Shown here piece by piece: positions 11,976 through 25,189 of a DNA stretch of 64,000 nt. This stretch comes from Squalus acanthias (Eukaryota): assembly GCA_030390025.1 (NCBI GenBank), contig CM059433.1:1612001-1676000 (forward strand), given 5' to 3'. Below the pieces are notes generated by a model, which made no database searches, had not been told where the DNA came from, and saw only the letters and a program-made list of their open reading frames with translations. A program made the position numbers and the translations under genes. Numbering within the stretch: position 1 is the stretch's first letter; each line of letters starts with the position of its first letter.

Positions 11976-12660
11976 GGGCTAGAAATTCAGTGCCTTAGCG
12001 CCTCCCGTTAGTGCCTCCAGGGGGTGATAACGGGGCGTTAAGGACTTACCGACGGGCGCGGCGATGTTACCGCCGCCCGCAAAATTCACCTGGAGGTTTA
12101 CAGGAGTTGACGTCATCCGGCTGCGCATCGCTCTGGTAGTGCCCCGGACCCGAAATTCATTTCCACCCTGCTGCATCGCCGGGCGATGATATCGACGGCT
12201 GCAGGAGGTGTTGATCGGGAGGCAGGGGCTTCGGGGGCGAGACTTAAAGGCGAGGTGGCCGAGGTAGGTTAAAAAAAAATCTGAAATGCTCTTTGCGGTT
12301 TTCTTTTCCGTCGCCACCCATCGATCAGCCCGGCGCTCTGCTGCAGAGCATCGGGGCTGATCGAGCCGGATCGCGGCTGCCATCGGGGATCAGGTAAGTT
12401 TTCCCCTTGCAGAGCCGGCAGCGATGGCCCTTCCCTTTAAGGGAGGGAAAGAACCTTCCAACGCGGCAGCGCTGCCCGGCCCAGTGTACAGCACCTACCG
12501 CCCCGCCTGCTGCCTGCTGCGCTCCAGGAATGAAGCGGAGCGATTGATTTAGCGCTCCACTTCCTTCCTGAAGCGCAAAACCAAATTTTTTGCCTGGCGC
12601 TAATTTTTTCAACTTTTAAAAGTTAGTGCCCCAAACGGGCCTATAATGAATTTCTCCCCC
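11976..12660. mobile_element. GC/CpG-rich Harbinger-type non-autonomous element
   Basis: Ends GGGCTAGAAATTCA ... TGAATTTCTCCCCC. Subterminal GCGCCTCCCGTTAG motif shared with the 22235 and 25190 elements. TSD not evident. Confidence 0.7.
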
Positions 12661-13140
12661 AGAATGTTGGAAGATATCCTTTTGGCACACGACAGGAGTT
12701 GATCAACCTAACAGAGAAATTGTAGGGAAATGCAAAGTCAGCAAAGAGTTGATGGTTTTTAATGGATCGAAAGCAATTAACTGATGTTATTGTGAATTTG
12801 CGGAAGCCTAACTTGAAAGCCTTGCTCCCGTCCACTACTGGGTGCAGCAAAGGCTGTATTGCCTCGGCTATTGTTAAATACGCCCCTCAAACACGGTACC
12901 CAGTAGCAGCAGAGACTTCAATGGACGGTATTAGAGCTAACATTACTTAGAAGCAACTTGCTCTAATTACATCAGTATATATTTTACACTGAAATAAACT
13001 GTTACCAAACTGAGCTTTCTACAGTGTTTAAGTTACCAAAAATTGGATTATAATTTTAATTTTGACATTTTTTTTGTTTTGCAAAGCAGAAAAACCAAGG
13101 GAAATTAAGTCTAACAGACAGCAGTACTATCTCTCATAAA

Positions 13141-16100
13141 AACATCCGAACATAAGAAATAGGAGCAGGAGTCAGCCATTCGGCCCCTCGAGCCTGCTCC
13201 GCCATTCAATAAGATCATGGCTGATCTTCTACCTCATCTCCACTTTCCTGAACTATCCCCATATCCCTTGATTCCCTTAATATCAAAAAATCTATCGACC
13301 TCTGTCTTGAATATACTCAACGACTGAGCCTCCACAGCCCTCTGGGGTAGCGAATTCCAAAGATTCACCACCCTCTGAGTGAAGAAATTTCTCCTCATCT
13401 CAGTCCTAAATGGCCGACCCCTTATTCTGAGACTCTGACCCCTGGTTCTAGACTCCCCAGCCAGGGGAAACATCCTCCCTGCATCTACCCTGTCAAGCCC
13501 TGTAAGAATTTTGTATGTTTCAATGAGATCACCTCTCATTCTTCTAGACTCCAGAGAATATAGGCCTAGTCTACTCAATCTCTCCTCATAGGACAATCCC
13601 CCCATCTCAGGAACCAGTCTGGTGAACCTTCATTGCACTCCATCTATGGCAAGTTTATACTTCCTTAGGTAAGGAGACCAAAGCTGTACACAATACTCCA
13701 GGTGTGGTCTCACCGGGGCCCTATATAATTGCAGTAAGATGTCTTTACTCTTATACTCAAATCCTCTTGTAATAAAGGCCAACATACCATTTGCTTTCCT
13801 AATTGCTTGCTGTACCTGCATGTTAACTTTCAGTGATTTGTGTACAAGGACACCCAGGACACCCAGGTCCCTCTGAACACCAACATTTCCCAATCTCTCA
13901 CCATTTAAAAAATACTCTGCTTTTCTATTTTTCCTACCAAAGTGGATAACTTCACATTTCTCCACATTATATTCCATTTGCCATGTTCTTGCCCACTCAC
14001 TTAGCCTGTCTATATCCTGTTGAAGCCTCCTTGCATCCTCCTTACAACTTACATTCCCACCCAGCTTTGTATCATCAGCAAACTTGGATATATTACATTT
14101 GGTCTCCTCATCCAAATCATTGATGTAGATTGTGAATAGCTGAGGCCCAAGCACTGATCCTTGCGGTACCCCACCAGTTACAGCCTGCCAAACCGAAAAT
14201 GATCTGTTTATTCCTACTCTCTGTTTTCTGTGCATTAACCAATCCTCAAGCCATGCTAATATATTACCCCCATCCCATGAGCCCTAATTTTGTTCAATAA
14301 CCTCTTGTGTGGCGCCTTATCGAATGCCTTCTGAAAATCTAAATACACCACATCCACTGGTTCCTCCTTATCTATTCTGCTAGTTACAACCTCAAAAAAC
14401 AGATTTGTCAAACATGATTTCCCTTTCATAAATCCGTGTTGACTCTGCCCAATCCTATTATTATTTTCTAAGTGCCCTGTTACCACGTCCTTAATAATAG
14501 ATTCTAGCATTTTCCCTACTACTGATGTCAGGCTAACTGGTCTGTAGTTCCCCGTTTTCTCTCTCCCTCCTTTCTTAAATAGTGGGGTTACATTTGCTAC
14601 CTTCCAATCCACGGGATCCGTTCCAGAATCTATATAATGTTCTATCATATTATGGTCACTCTTCCCTAAAGGCCCCTTTACTACAAGCTTATTAATTAAC
14701 CCTTTCTCATTGCACAATACTAGATCTAAAATAATCTGTTCCCTAGTTGGTTCCTCAACATACTGATCTAGAAAACTATCTTGCATACATTTCATGAATT
14801 CGTCCTCCACACTATTACTGCAAATTTGGTTTGCCCAGTCGATATGTAGATTAAAGTCCCCCATGATCACTGTATTACCCTTGTTACATGCGCCTCTAAT
14901 TTCCTGATTTATACTCTGCCCTACATTACAACTACTGTTTGGGGGCCTATAAACAACTCCCACCAATGTTTTCTGCCCCTTGCTGTTTCTTAGCTCCACC
15001 CAAACTGATTCTACTTCTTGATTTTCGGAGCTAAGATCCTTTCTCTCTACTGTCTTTATCCCATCCTTTATTATCAGGGCTACCCTTCCTCCTTTTCCAT
15101 TTTGCCTATCTCTTCTAAAAGTTAAGTATCCTGGAATATTTTGTTCACAACCTTGGCCACTTTGCAACCACGTCTCCGTTATGGCTATTAGATCAAACCT
15201 GTTCATTTCTATCTGCACTATTAATTAATCTATTTTGTTGCGAATGCTTCGTGCGTTCAGATATAATGGGTTGGATTTTGTCAATGGGGACATGATGGAG
15301 GCGGGACTCCCACTTTTTGGGTTGTAGTCCCGCCTCCATCGACTTGTGGCCAACCCACTGTATTTTCCCTTGATTGACCTTGTTAAGCCCGCCCAGCGGG
15401 CTTAGCAGGCCAATCAAGGGTTCCTTGGATACAGGTGATGTCAGCCATTGAAATTTCATCTGTCAAGAGCTTTTGACAGATGAAATTTCAGCGTTTGACA
15501 GCTCTGTGAAGCTGTCAAACACTGACAATATGATTTCTAACGTGAGTCCTTGTACTTAGACTCAGTTAGAAATCAATCCAGCACAGAAAGCAGAGACTGC
15601 AGCTTTTGACAGCTCCGCGGCCATTCTGCTTTCTGTGCCGGTGAGATTTCTGACTCCCGAGACCTGAAGGGCTGACACCTGCAGGAGGAAGTTAAGGTAA
15701 GTAAAACTTTTTTCCACACTTTACATTTACCTTACACACTTACCTCTGCACACATGCACCCATCACTCACCTGCCCACCGGTCATATCGACCCCTCCAAC
15801 CCCTGCAGACCCACGGTCCGCCTCGATAACTTGGCGTGGTTTGGAGCCATCGGGTAGCCCACATTTCAGGGCCTAAAATAGGGATTAGGCAACAAACTGC
15901 CTATTAACTACCTGTTAACAGGCAGTTAATTGTCACTAATCCCCTTCCCACCTCGGGGAGGCGGGTCCCAGCACAGGCCGGGTACCTGCCTCCAGCGAAA
16001 CTGGCATGGAGGCGGGTTGGGAGCGGGATGGGTTCGGGACCCCCAAATCTGCTATTTTCCCACCCCGCACGCCTCCAAACCCGCCTCCACGGGTCAATGA

Positions 16101-17520
16101 AAATTCTGCCCAATGTCTTTAGCTTTGACTTATTTCTATTTTCCCTGATGTCACCTTAGTCACTGATGCCTTATTACCTCTCTGTTACTCTCTCTGTCCC
16201 TTCCTGACCCACTCTGCTTATTTTTACCCAAAACTCTACTCTGCTCTAGAGCCTTGACATTTCTCTCGCTACTTTTAAATTTACTCTTTCCTGAATCCTC
16301 CCACCCCCCTACATTAGTTTAAAGCCCTGTCTACTGCCCTAGTTATTCGGTTCGCCAGGACACTGGTCCCAGCCCAGTTTAAGTGGAGCCCGTCCCAACG
16401 GAACAGCTCCCTCTTTCCCCAGTACTGGTGCCAGTGCCCCATGAACTGAAACCCCTTCCTCCCACACCACTCTTTGAGCCACGCATTTAAACCTCTAATC
16501 TGTTTGTCCCTATGCCAATTTGCGTGGCTCAGGTAACAATCCAGAGGATCTGCTTTTTAATTTGGATCATAGCTCCTCAAACTCCCTCAGCAGAACCTCA
16601 TTCCTAGTTCTACCTATGTCATTGGTTCCTACGTGGACCATGACAACTGGATCTTCCCCTTCCCACTCCAAGTTCTTCTCCAGCCGTGAGGAGATGTCTC
16701 TAACCTTGGCACCGGGCAGGCAACACAACCTTCGGAACTCTCGGTCGCGGCTGCAGAGAACAGTATCCCCCTGACTATACTGTCCCCTACCACAACTACA
16801 TTCCCTTTCACTCCCCCCACTTGAATGGCCTCCTGCACCATGGTGCCATGGTCAGCTTGCTCATCCATCCTGCAGGCTTTTCCCTCATCCACACAGGCAG
16901 CAAGAACCTCATACCTGTTGGACAAGGGCAAAGGCTGAGGCTCCTCCAGCACTGCACCTGGGGTCCCCTTACCTGCCTGAGTTGCAGTCACACTCTCCTG
17001 TCCCTGACCACTAACCAGACCTGTACCACTACCTAACCTAAGGGGTATGACTGCCTCCTGGATCAAAGTGTCCAGGTAACTCTCCCCATCCCTGATGCCC
17101 GCAATGTTTGCACCTCAGACTCCAGCTCAACAACTCTGAGCTGAAGTTCCTCAAGATGCAGGCACTTACCGCAAGCGTGGTTGTCCGGGATCACAATGCT
17201 CTCCACAAACTCCCACATGCTGCAGTTGTGGCACACCACCTGCACTGCCATCCCTACATGACCTTGTTTTATTTAATTAAATTTAATTAAATTTGTAATT
17301 AGGTAACTTAGTTTACAGTGTAGTTTCTTGACTACTTACTTGATCTAGATTAACTTAATGGTACTGAAATTAAATATCTACCTGTAACACAAAGCACTAC
17401 AAGTAGTGTAGGCAAAAAGCAGCAACTCCTTCCCCCTCTTCTCCGAATTCCCACTCTTTCCAAATTCCCAAATAAAACACTCTGTTCAAGTCCACTCCGT
17501 TTAATCCCGCTCTGTGCAGA
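13141..17520 (-). mobile_element. Near full-length CR1 LINE (ORF1 zinc finger/coiled coil + SGNH esterase; ORF2 APE-RT with an internal deletion)
   Basis: ORF1: CHNCSMWE..CGKCLHLEELQLRVVELESEV, LSNRYEVL, VVVVGDSIVRG. ORF2: [66 protein letters not shown]1 3' UTR present. Confidence 0.95.
15268..16111. mobile_element. Harbinger-type non-autonomous element inserted in CR1
   Basis: AAT TSD at 15265-67 and 16112-14. Ends GGGTTGGATTTT / AAAATTCTGCCC. CR1 sequence resumes on both sides. Confidence 0.75.
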
Positions 17521-18772
17521 CCGCAAAAAAGATGTAACAATCTCCTGAGCAAAAGTTACAGCATTATAAATATCCTTAACTAGATGATAACGATTGAACG
17601 ACATCAAATGGGCAGAGGGGCAGGTAATGGACAGAGAATTCCCCCCAAATTATCATTTTTGATCTCATTCGTTTGAGGATCTTCTCTATCGTAAGTTCCA
17701 GGACCAGTTGGCATCTTGGCTGCCAAAGGCTTAACAGTCAGAACAAACAGAGGAGGTCCCACTATGGAAAGATATTCCCAGAGTCCAGGATAAAGTGTGC
17801 ACACTCATCCTGGAATCCTCCCCAAATTCAGTGCTCTCCATATAGTATAAACACTTTTTCGGCAAGACAATGGGAGAATGAACACTCTACAAAATAAGAT
17901 GATCCTCAAAATATCTCCTCACAGTATACACTTTTAAAAAAAAAAAGAAGCTTGATTTGGAACAATGAGAATGAACAGAACTTCCCCCAAAATCAGGTGA
18001 CAAAACCAAACCTTGACTAGATCACTACAATTCAAATTTGTACCAGGGATAGTATAGACTGCAGAGGTTGCCAAACTTGGGGCGTGCCTCCCTGGGGATG
18101 GGGGCAGGGGAGCATGAGGAGGACGAGCTGACCAAGAACAAGAGCCATCGAAGCAGTCTTACATAGCCGGAGGAGGGGCATTATGGGGCATGTTTGAAGC
18201 CCCGCTGATTTCTGGAAGGTGACATTGGACCTATCAGAACTGCCTCTGGATACAGCCACCTCTGGCTATGCGAGGCTGCATCAGTTCAAGTGAAAAACAT
18301 TTCTGTGGCATCTCATGATTGCTGCATGAAAGTAGAAATCTTTGAGGTAGTTGGCTATTTGAAGCACACAATCCCGCTATAACTGAAGGCCGAGTGAACA
18401 TTTGGAATTTCCCTCAATTTTCCCCGCACTTTTTGAAACCAATAGGATTGACGCCTGCCGCCTTCTTCGGGATGACAGAATACTGTTTCTGAGAAAACGT
18501 GTGGGAGGCGGGAATGGGAAGTGGGGGGGGTGGGGCGGCGGGGGGCTCCGCACAAACAGTGAGAACTTCCATTTTCTTCCTGGTTGCTTTCAAGGCTTAA
18601 TTTTCCTCTTGAATTGACAAAAACTCGTTAATAATAGCTTAATCAGTCTTGTTTCATGAGGTCGATGAAGCTCAGTGTACTCGTGCCAGGAATGTTAACT
18701 AGCTGTGAGGGGAAACTGTTAATGTTTTAAGAGCCAGCTACCCCTTTCAGGGAACCCCATGAATCAGATAAT

Positions 18773-19512
18773 GGCCCAGAAATTGATCTCTGTTCCCGCG
18801 GGGGTAAGGAGCAGGCGCGATCTCTCACTCCGCGTTGGTTTTTTCAGATCCAGCTCGCACGAACTTGATGTTCTAGACATCAGCTGGGCAGTGCTTGCGT
18901 ATCCCACCGGCGTAGTGAATTCGTGCGAGCTGTGGGATCACGTGACTCAGTTAGAGCCAATGGCAGCACACCATCTTCCATTCATAAGTTTCACATACGT
19001 GCTGTGAAAGCTATGAATCTTACACACCCCCAAAATAACAGCTAAACCTCAATTAAATTTTTTAAAAAAACCATCACATTAATAAAATAAGTATAGTTAA
19101 ATAAATTAACCATTTTAAATAAAAAATAAAATTTTTGAAAAAATTTAAAATCTTTTAAAAAGTTATAAAAATAAACTTACCTGTCTTTAAAGTCTCTAAA
19201 AAAGATATACCTGTTAAAAAAAATTCAAAATAATACTTAATTCACTACTTACCTTGTTAAAAGTGGGTCTTACTCCTCCTTTTTCCATTTCTAAAATCTT
19301 CCGTCCTTACCTGCGCGTCCAAAGCACTAAGTGCACAGCGTGCGCGCAGCCTGTAGCGCGCACGCGGTGCACCGAGGAACCGCCCCCTTTTCCAAAGACC
19401 AAGTGCCGGTTTTCAGCGCATGCGCAGTGCATGCAGAAAACCGGCAATTGGAGAGAGAATATGCGAGAGTACACAGTGCGTACTCTCGCGCAGCGGGATC
19501 AATTTTTGGCCC
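18773..19512 (+). mobile_element. Harbinger-type MITE, 740 bp, AT-rich core (family A, copy 1)
   Basis: TIR GGCCCAGAAATTGATC / GATCAATTTTTGGCCC (14/16), AAT TSD. Homologous along its length to 40968-41710. Confidence 0.9.
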
Positions 19513-22234
19513 AATGTTGTGCCATCACTGATTTTCTAAGTCTCAAATCTTATTTTGGCTCCTTGCATTGATTTTAACCGGGAGAGAAGCAGAAATCCAA
19601 ACCCATCCCAAATTAACTGCTTTGCTCAAGCTGGTACTGGAATTCCTTACAGAATGGTAAAATTCCCCACTGTCACTGGAAGGAGACTAAATCTGAAAAT
19701 GATAGCTTGGAATTGAGTCAAATCTGTAACTATGAGCACGGGACCAGTAATCGGACTGATTCAGATGTGCTCCAAGTTTCAGGGGCTTGGATTTTCAAAG
19801 GTTAATCTAAATCATATCTTAAAATTCAGCTCCTCATCTTAAAGGTTTTTTTTAGCAGGTTGTCTTGATGGTGTCAGGCCACTGGGAATATTACAGCCAG
19901 ATTCACACTAATGAAACCTATCCTGCCAGATAAAGGCTGCAAATAAAGCAGGTTTTTTTGGTGTATTTACACAAGAGTTCAGTAAGCAGGTTTTAACATG
20001 CCTACCTTTCTAAGTAGCATCTATAACAGCCTTACCAACAAATCCTGTACAATACCCTCACTATTCGTGGGAACTCTTTAGGCTTTTTTTTGCAACTGGC
20101 TCTTGTAAGGACCATTCCACATGGAGGTTGGAAAACCTAGTAGAGTGTGCTGCCCAAATAGAAGGCCTTAATGAACCAGTTCACTGGAACACAATGGACT
20201 TCATGGCTGGGAAATGCCTTGGAGCTGCTCCCACTCCACCAGCATTACTTCGCCTAGCTAATGACAGGATGGCAGACATGGACAGTATTCAAGCCAGATT
20301 CCTAAAGGATGGTCTGGCAGTTGCCGGGGAGGTTGGGTGAATGGCAGTGATCTTGAGAACAGAGCCAGTAGCCACAAACTCACCATGGAGCTGCCCTTCT
20401 GAGACAGGAGAATTGAATTCTGTTTCAGGCCTGCATACCCTTGGTGTTCTAGAGTGCAAGGGAAATCCTAATGAGAGTGTAAATTAGTGAGGAATCTCAC
20501 TGATATCAGTCGCTCCTGAGATGGTTCTTTGGGTGTCGCAGTAGGCGCATCAGATGTTTGGGAAGCTGATGGAAACATTATAAAAGAATAGGCTAGATTT
20601 TGCTTTGTGAGGGATGTGTAAGGAAGCTTGTGATATTATATTGGGAAACCAACTTCCATTGCTTTCATGAAAGCTAAAAAAAAAGTCTTCTCTCCTGAAT
20701 GATTAGAAGAGCAACTCTGCAACAGGAATGAATTCCTCTGGGATTGATTATCATTTGTTTCTTGTGTGTTGGGACCTTCACTAAGTCCAGAATGGGACTA
20801 CATCAGTTCTCAACAGACTTAGGTCTCACTGGGCCGATCAGGGAGCTATCCTGGGAACACCCCATTCACACCCCAAACAGCTGGTTCAATGTAACTGGGG
20901 CAAGCAGAAGCACCTGGCCCCCTGGATCAGGATTCGCTGCACGGTATAGCTGAGGTGGGAGCCCCAGCCGATCTGGTTGCTGCCCCAAGTTCAGACTCTC
21001 CCACCATAACCCTGCAAGAATTCCTCTCACACCAAACTCCGCCCCCCCTTCCCCACCCTTCAAGGCTGGGAATCAAAGGTGTTGATTGGAAGATGCAAGT
21101 GGCATCTGTCCAAAAGACATCTGCGGTTCCTGTTGGATGCTGACTTCACTCTAGAAACAGTCCTTCAGGGCCATGTTTAGGAGAGGGCCATTTGGTCTTT
21201 CTTGTCTTTCTTCAATGGCAGCAAAGTTCTAAAGCTGATTCAGCTTATAGCACTTGTGACAAATAGTCCTCGCTCATGGTTCAAAACTCATTGGCATGCA
21301 ATGGAGCCCACTTCCTATGCTCCACCATCAGTGACAGCTGGTTCAGCCTCCTCCATCTCTAGTTCACTCCTCGCTGCCACCTCTCTTTCTGCTTTCAACA
21401 GGCTATTTATCTTTGATCACAGCTCTGTCCCGCTCCCTTAGTCTAACCATCTGCATTTTCTCTGCTGCTTAGCGTCCAATATTTCTCTTCCTTAACTTAA
21501 AGACTTCCTGTGCGTGAGGTGCAGTATAGAATACGGAAGTTGTAATTGTCTGTTGTCTTGCGGGACGAGCAGCAAGAGGCACACAGGTGCACCGCTGGTA
21601 GATTGCTTGATGTAAATGCCGCAATGCACCTGCCTGGAATCTTCACTGTAAGACCCTGTCAATGTACGCAGGATCAGAGGAAGGTCCCTTGTCAATGGCA
21701 ATGGCAGATGCCCATGTCACTAGATGCTCATCTCGTGCACCAACCCATCGAAATGGCTGCTCACTATGGTGTACTGTACTTGGCCCAGATCGGGAGTGTC
21801 AGAGCCCACTGGCAGAAAGACTAAATAAGTGCCCCCGTGGGCCCTTTTGTAAGGGGATAGTTTTAGAAATAATAAATCTTCGGGGGTCAAGGCCATCATT
21901 CTTGTCGTGGATCCTCAGGTGGGCCCCACAACTGTTAATTGTTGGCGGGTGCACTGCCAGCGATGATGCACTGGGTCTCTGTGAGGCTGGGGAGGCAGGA
22001 ACACCCGCTGTTCACTTGTTTCAATGCCGCTAGTTCTGTAAGGCCCCACAGAATCCCTGACAAAAGGGCCAGAGCAAAGGGTATTCAGGTCCCGGCTTAA
22101 TTTCCAACCATCGTGGTGCACTCCAATGTGGATTTTGCAGTAACATTATGATGGGTTTCTGTGTGCATCAGATACCTGGTTGACCAAAATAAATTGCAAC
22201 GAGTTCTGCAGGATATAATTTTACTTAATACCTG

Positions 22235-22886
22235 GGGGGAAAAATTGGGTTGGTTTGCGCCTCTCGTTAGCGCCCCCTAGCGCCTGGGTGCGGCGCCGCT
22301 AACGCCTCCCGCAAAATTCAGCGGGAGGTTAGCGGCGGCAGTAGCCAGTAGCGCTCCACGGCGCTGCGCCACCGGCGATGTCGTCATCGCTGTGCGCAGC
22401 ACCCCACTGGCGCCCTGGCCGCAAACTTCCCTTGCGCCCCCTGACCTATCGCCGGGCGATATGGGCGACAGGATCAGGGCGCGGTTTGTCAGCGGCGGCG
22501 GCGCAAGTTAAAGGGCAAGTGTCAGGCGGCCATTTTAATTTTGGTCGACTGCCAGCACCTGCCCCCTTTCACTTTTTTCTCGGGGTGCCGGCCGCGATCG
22601 CTCCTCTTGAGTGCCGGGCTGTTTTCACGGCACCCCGCTCCCCGGCGGTCCGGTGCGCGCAGCCCTAGGCCACTCCCCTTTAATCAGGGGAGACGGCCTG
22701 CAATAACGCGGCGCTACGTGCCGACACGAAATTCAGTAGTAGCGCCCCCAGCAGGAGGTGGAGTGTTTTCCAGTAGCGCCTCACCTCCTGCTTGGGGCGC
22801 TACTACTGAATTTACGGCGGAGGGGCGCTAACTTTTTCGGGGCGCTAAAATTAGCCCCAAAATGGGCGCCACCCAATTTTTCCCCC
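22235..22886. mobile_element. GC-rich Harbinger-type MITE
   Basis: Perfect TIR GGGGGAAAAATTGGGT / ACCCAATTTTTCCCCC; CTG TSD at 22232-34 and 22887-89. Confidence 0.9.
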
Positions 22887-23445
22887 CTGGTGTTACCCAA
22901 CAATACAGTTTGAAAACTGCATCACTTCATAAACTCAGTGCAATTTTACTGTTCACGATTAAAGCCGTCCAAATGTCGGAAATCAGATTTGTTTAAATTG
23001 AAATTTTTTTCAATTGGAGATGGATATCTCAACGCACATGCCTCTGTGTTTACAACTTAGTGTGACCTCAACACTGTGATGAAGGTTGTGCTGAGGGAGT
23101 CTGGAACAATCAACACAAGACCAAGGTCGCAGTAATTTGTAAACAAAGATGCATGAAAACAAGAATGAAATATCTTTAAGTTACAGTTAATGCCAAATCC
23201 ACTAAACATGATTTTTTTTTCCTCTTCTGTAAGTCTGCTAGAGAAAAAACCCCACATACTTCTAATAAGACGCGACTGCAGCAAATAACCTCGGCCGACA
23301 CTCTCGCGCTGTTCGGAGGGATATCTGTCGGAGGCGCATCCTTCTGCCCTGGGATTTAAGACGGGATTAACATCAGGTGAGAGTGGCGCGGTGGATGTTC
23401 AATCCAGCTGCAGCTCTGGTGGTGACATCGCATTGCCTGAATTTC

Positions 23446-24915
23446 TACAACAACAACAACTTGCATTTATATAGCACCTTTAACGTAGTAAAATGTCCCC
23501 CAAAGCGCTTCACAGGAGCGTAATCAGACAAAAGTTGACACTGAGCCAAAGAAGGTATGATCAGTAAGTTCGCAGATGACACGAAAATTGGTGAAGTGGT
23601 AAATAGCGAGGAGGGAAGCCTCAGGCTACAGGACGATATAGACGGGTTGGTCAGATGGGCAGAACAGTGGCAAATGGAATTTAACCCTGAAACGTGTGAG
23701 GTGATGCATTTTGGGAGGACTAACAAGGCAAGGGAATACACAATGAATGGTAGGATCCTAGGAAGGACAGAGGATCAGAGGGACCTTGGTGTGCATGTAC
23801 ATAGATCCCTGAAGGCAGCAGGACAGGTAGATAAGGTGATTAAAAAGGCATATGAGATACTTGCCTTCATTAGCCGAGGCATAGAATATAAGAGCAGGGA
23901 GGTTATGATGGAGCTGTACAAAATGCTAGTTCGGCCACAGCTGGAATACTGTGTGCAGTTCTGATCGCCACACTATAGGAAGGATGTGATTGCATTGGAG
24001 AGGAGATTCACCAGGATGTTACCTGGGCTGGAGCGCTTCAGCTATGAAGAGAGACTGGACAGGTTGGGGTTGTTTTCCTTAGAGCAGAGAAGGCTGAGGG
24101 GGGACCTGATTGAGGTGTACAAAATTATGAGGGGCATAGATAGGGTAGATAGAAAGGAACTTTTCCCCTTAGTAGAGGGGTCAATAACCAGGGGGCATAG
24201 TTTCAAGGTAAGGGGCAGGAGGTTTAGAGGGGATTTGAGGAAAAACTTTTTCACCCAGAGGGTGTTTGGAATCTGGAACTCACTGCCTGAAAGGGTGGTA
24301 GAGGCAGGAATCCTCACAACATTCAAGAAGCATTTAGATGAGCATACAAGGCTACGGACCAAGTGCTGGAAAATGGGATTAGAATAGACAGGGCTTGATG
24401 GCCGGCGTGGACACAATGGGCCGAAGGGCCTCTTTCTGTGCTGTATGACTCTATGAGACTTTAGGAGAGGTTGGTCAAAGAGGTAGGTTTTAAGGAGCAT
24501 CTTAAAGGTGGAGAGAGAAGGGGAGAGGTTTGGGGAGGGAATTCCAATGCTTAGGGCCTAAATGGCTGAAAGCACGGCAGTCAATGGTGGGGGTGAAGGA
24601 ATGCACAAGAGGCTAGAGTTGGAGGAATGCAGAGTTCTCAGAGCGTTGTAGAGCTGGGCAAGGTTACAGAGATAGGGAGCGGCGAGGCCATGGAGGGATT
24701 TGAACAGAAGGATAAGAATTTAAAAATCAAGACATTGGTGGAGTGGGAGCCAATGTAAGTCCGTGAGCACAGGGGTGATGGGTGAACGGCACTTGGTGCG
24801 AGTTAGAATACAGACAGCAGAGTTTTGGATGAACTTACGTTTACGGAGGGTGGAAGATGGGAGGCCGGCCAAGAGAGCATTGGAGTAGTCGAGTCTGGAG
24901 GTAACAAAAGCATGG
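23446..24915 (-). mobile_element. L2 LINE 3' fragment with (CAA)n tail, split by the CR1 at 23555-24456
   Basis: CAACAACAACTTGCATTTATATAGCACCTTTAACGTAG tail. 24457-24915 matches the antisense of the L2 RT C-terminus seen at 42200-42500 and 57330-57800. Confidence 0.85.
23555..24456 (+). mobile_element. 5'-truncated CR1 (RT C-terminus + 3' UTR with CTATGACT tail)
   Basis: [11 protein letters not shown]...LVRPQLEYCVQF, FFTQRVFGIWNSLP; tail TATGACTCTATGA. Confidence 0.92.
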
Positions 24916-25189
24916 TCTACAACCAGTTTCTCTCCTCTGGCTTATTTAAGAGGAATGCACCCTGTAGTGAATTACCCTACAATTCTAAATTTCATAAATA
25001 AAGATATTTTTACACTCATCAGCATCTCTTTGCTCCACCTTATCTGCTGTTTAGAGGTTATCCGGGAGTATTATGAAGATCTGCCCCAATGGGGACGGTG
25101 GACATTGGATTATGGTGAAATTCCTTACCACAGTGTTTAGGGCAATGAAATGCTTTTGCTATTATGCTGATTGGCTTATTAGAGTCATA

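Noticed and set aside
17590..17900. Possible host exon on the minus strand (66-aa ORF)
   Set aside because: No recognisable homology or consistent splice-site pair.
21200..22140. Possible ancient hAT/zinc-finger transposase remnant on the minus strand
   Set aside because: Only vague coding-like texture; no motif I can support without a translated search.
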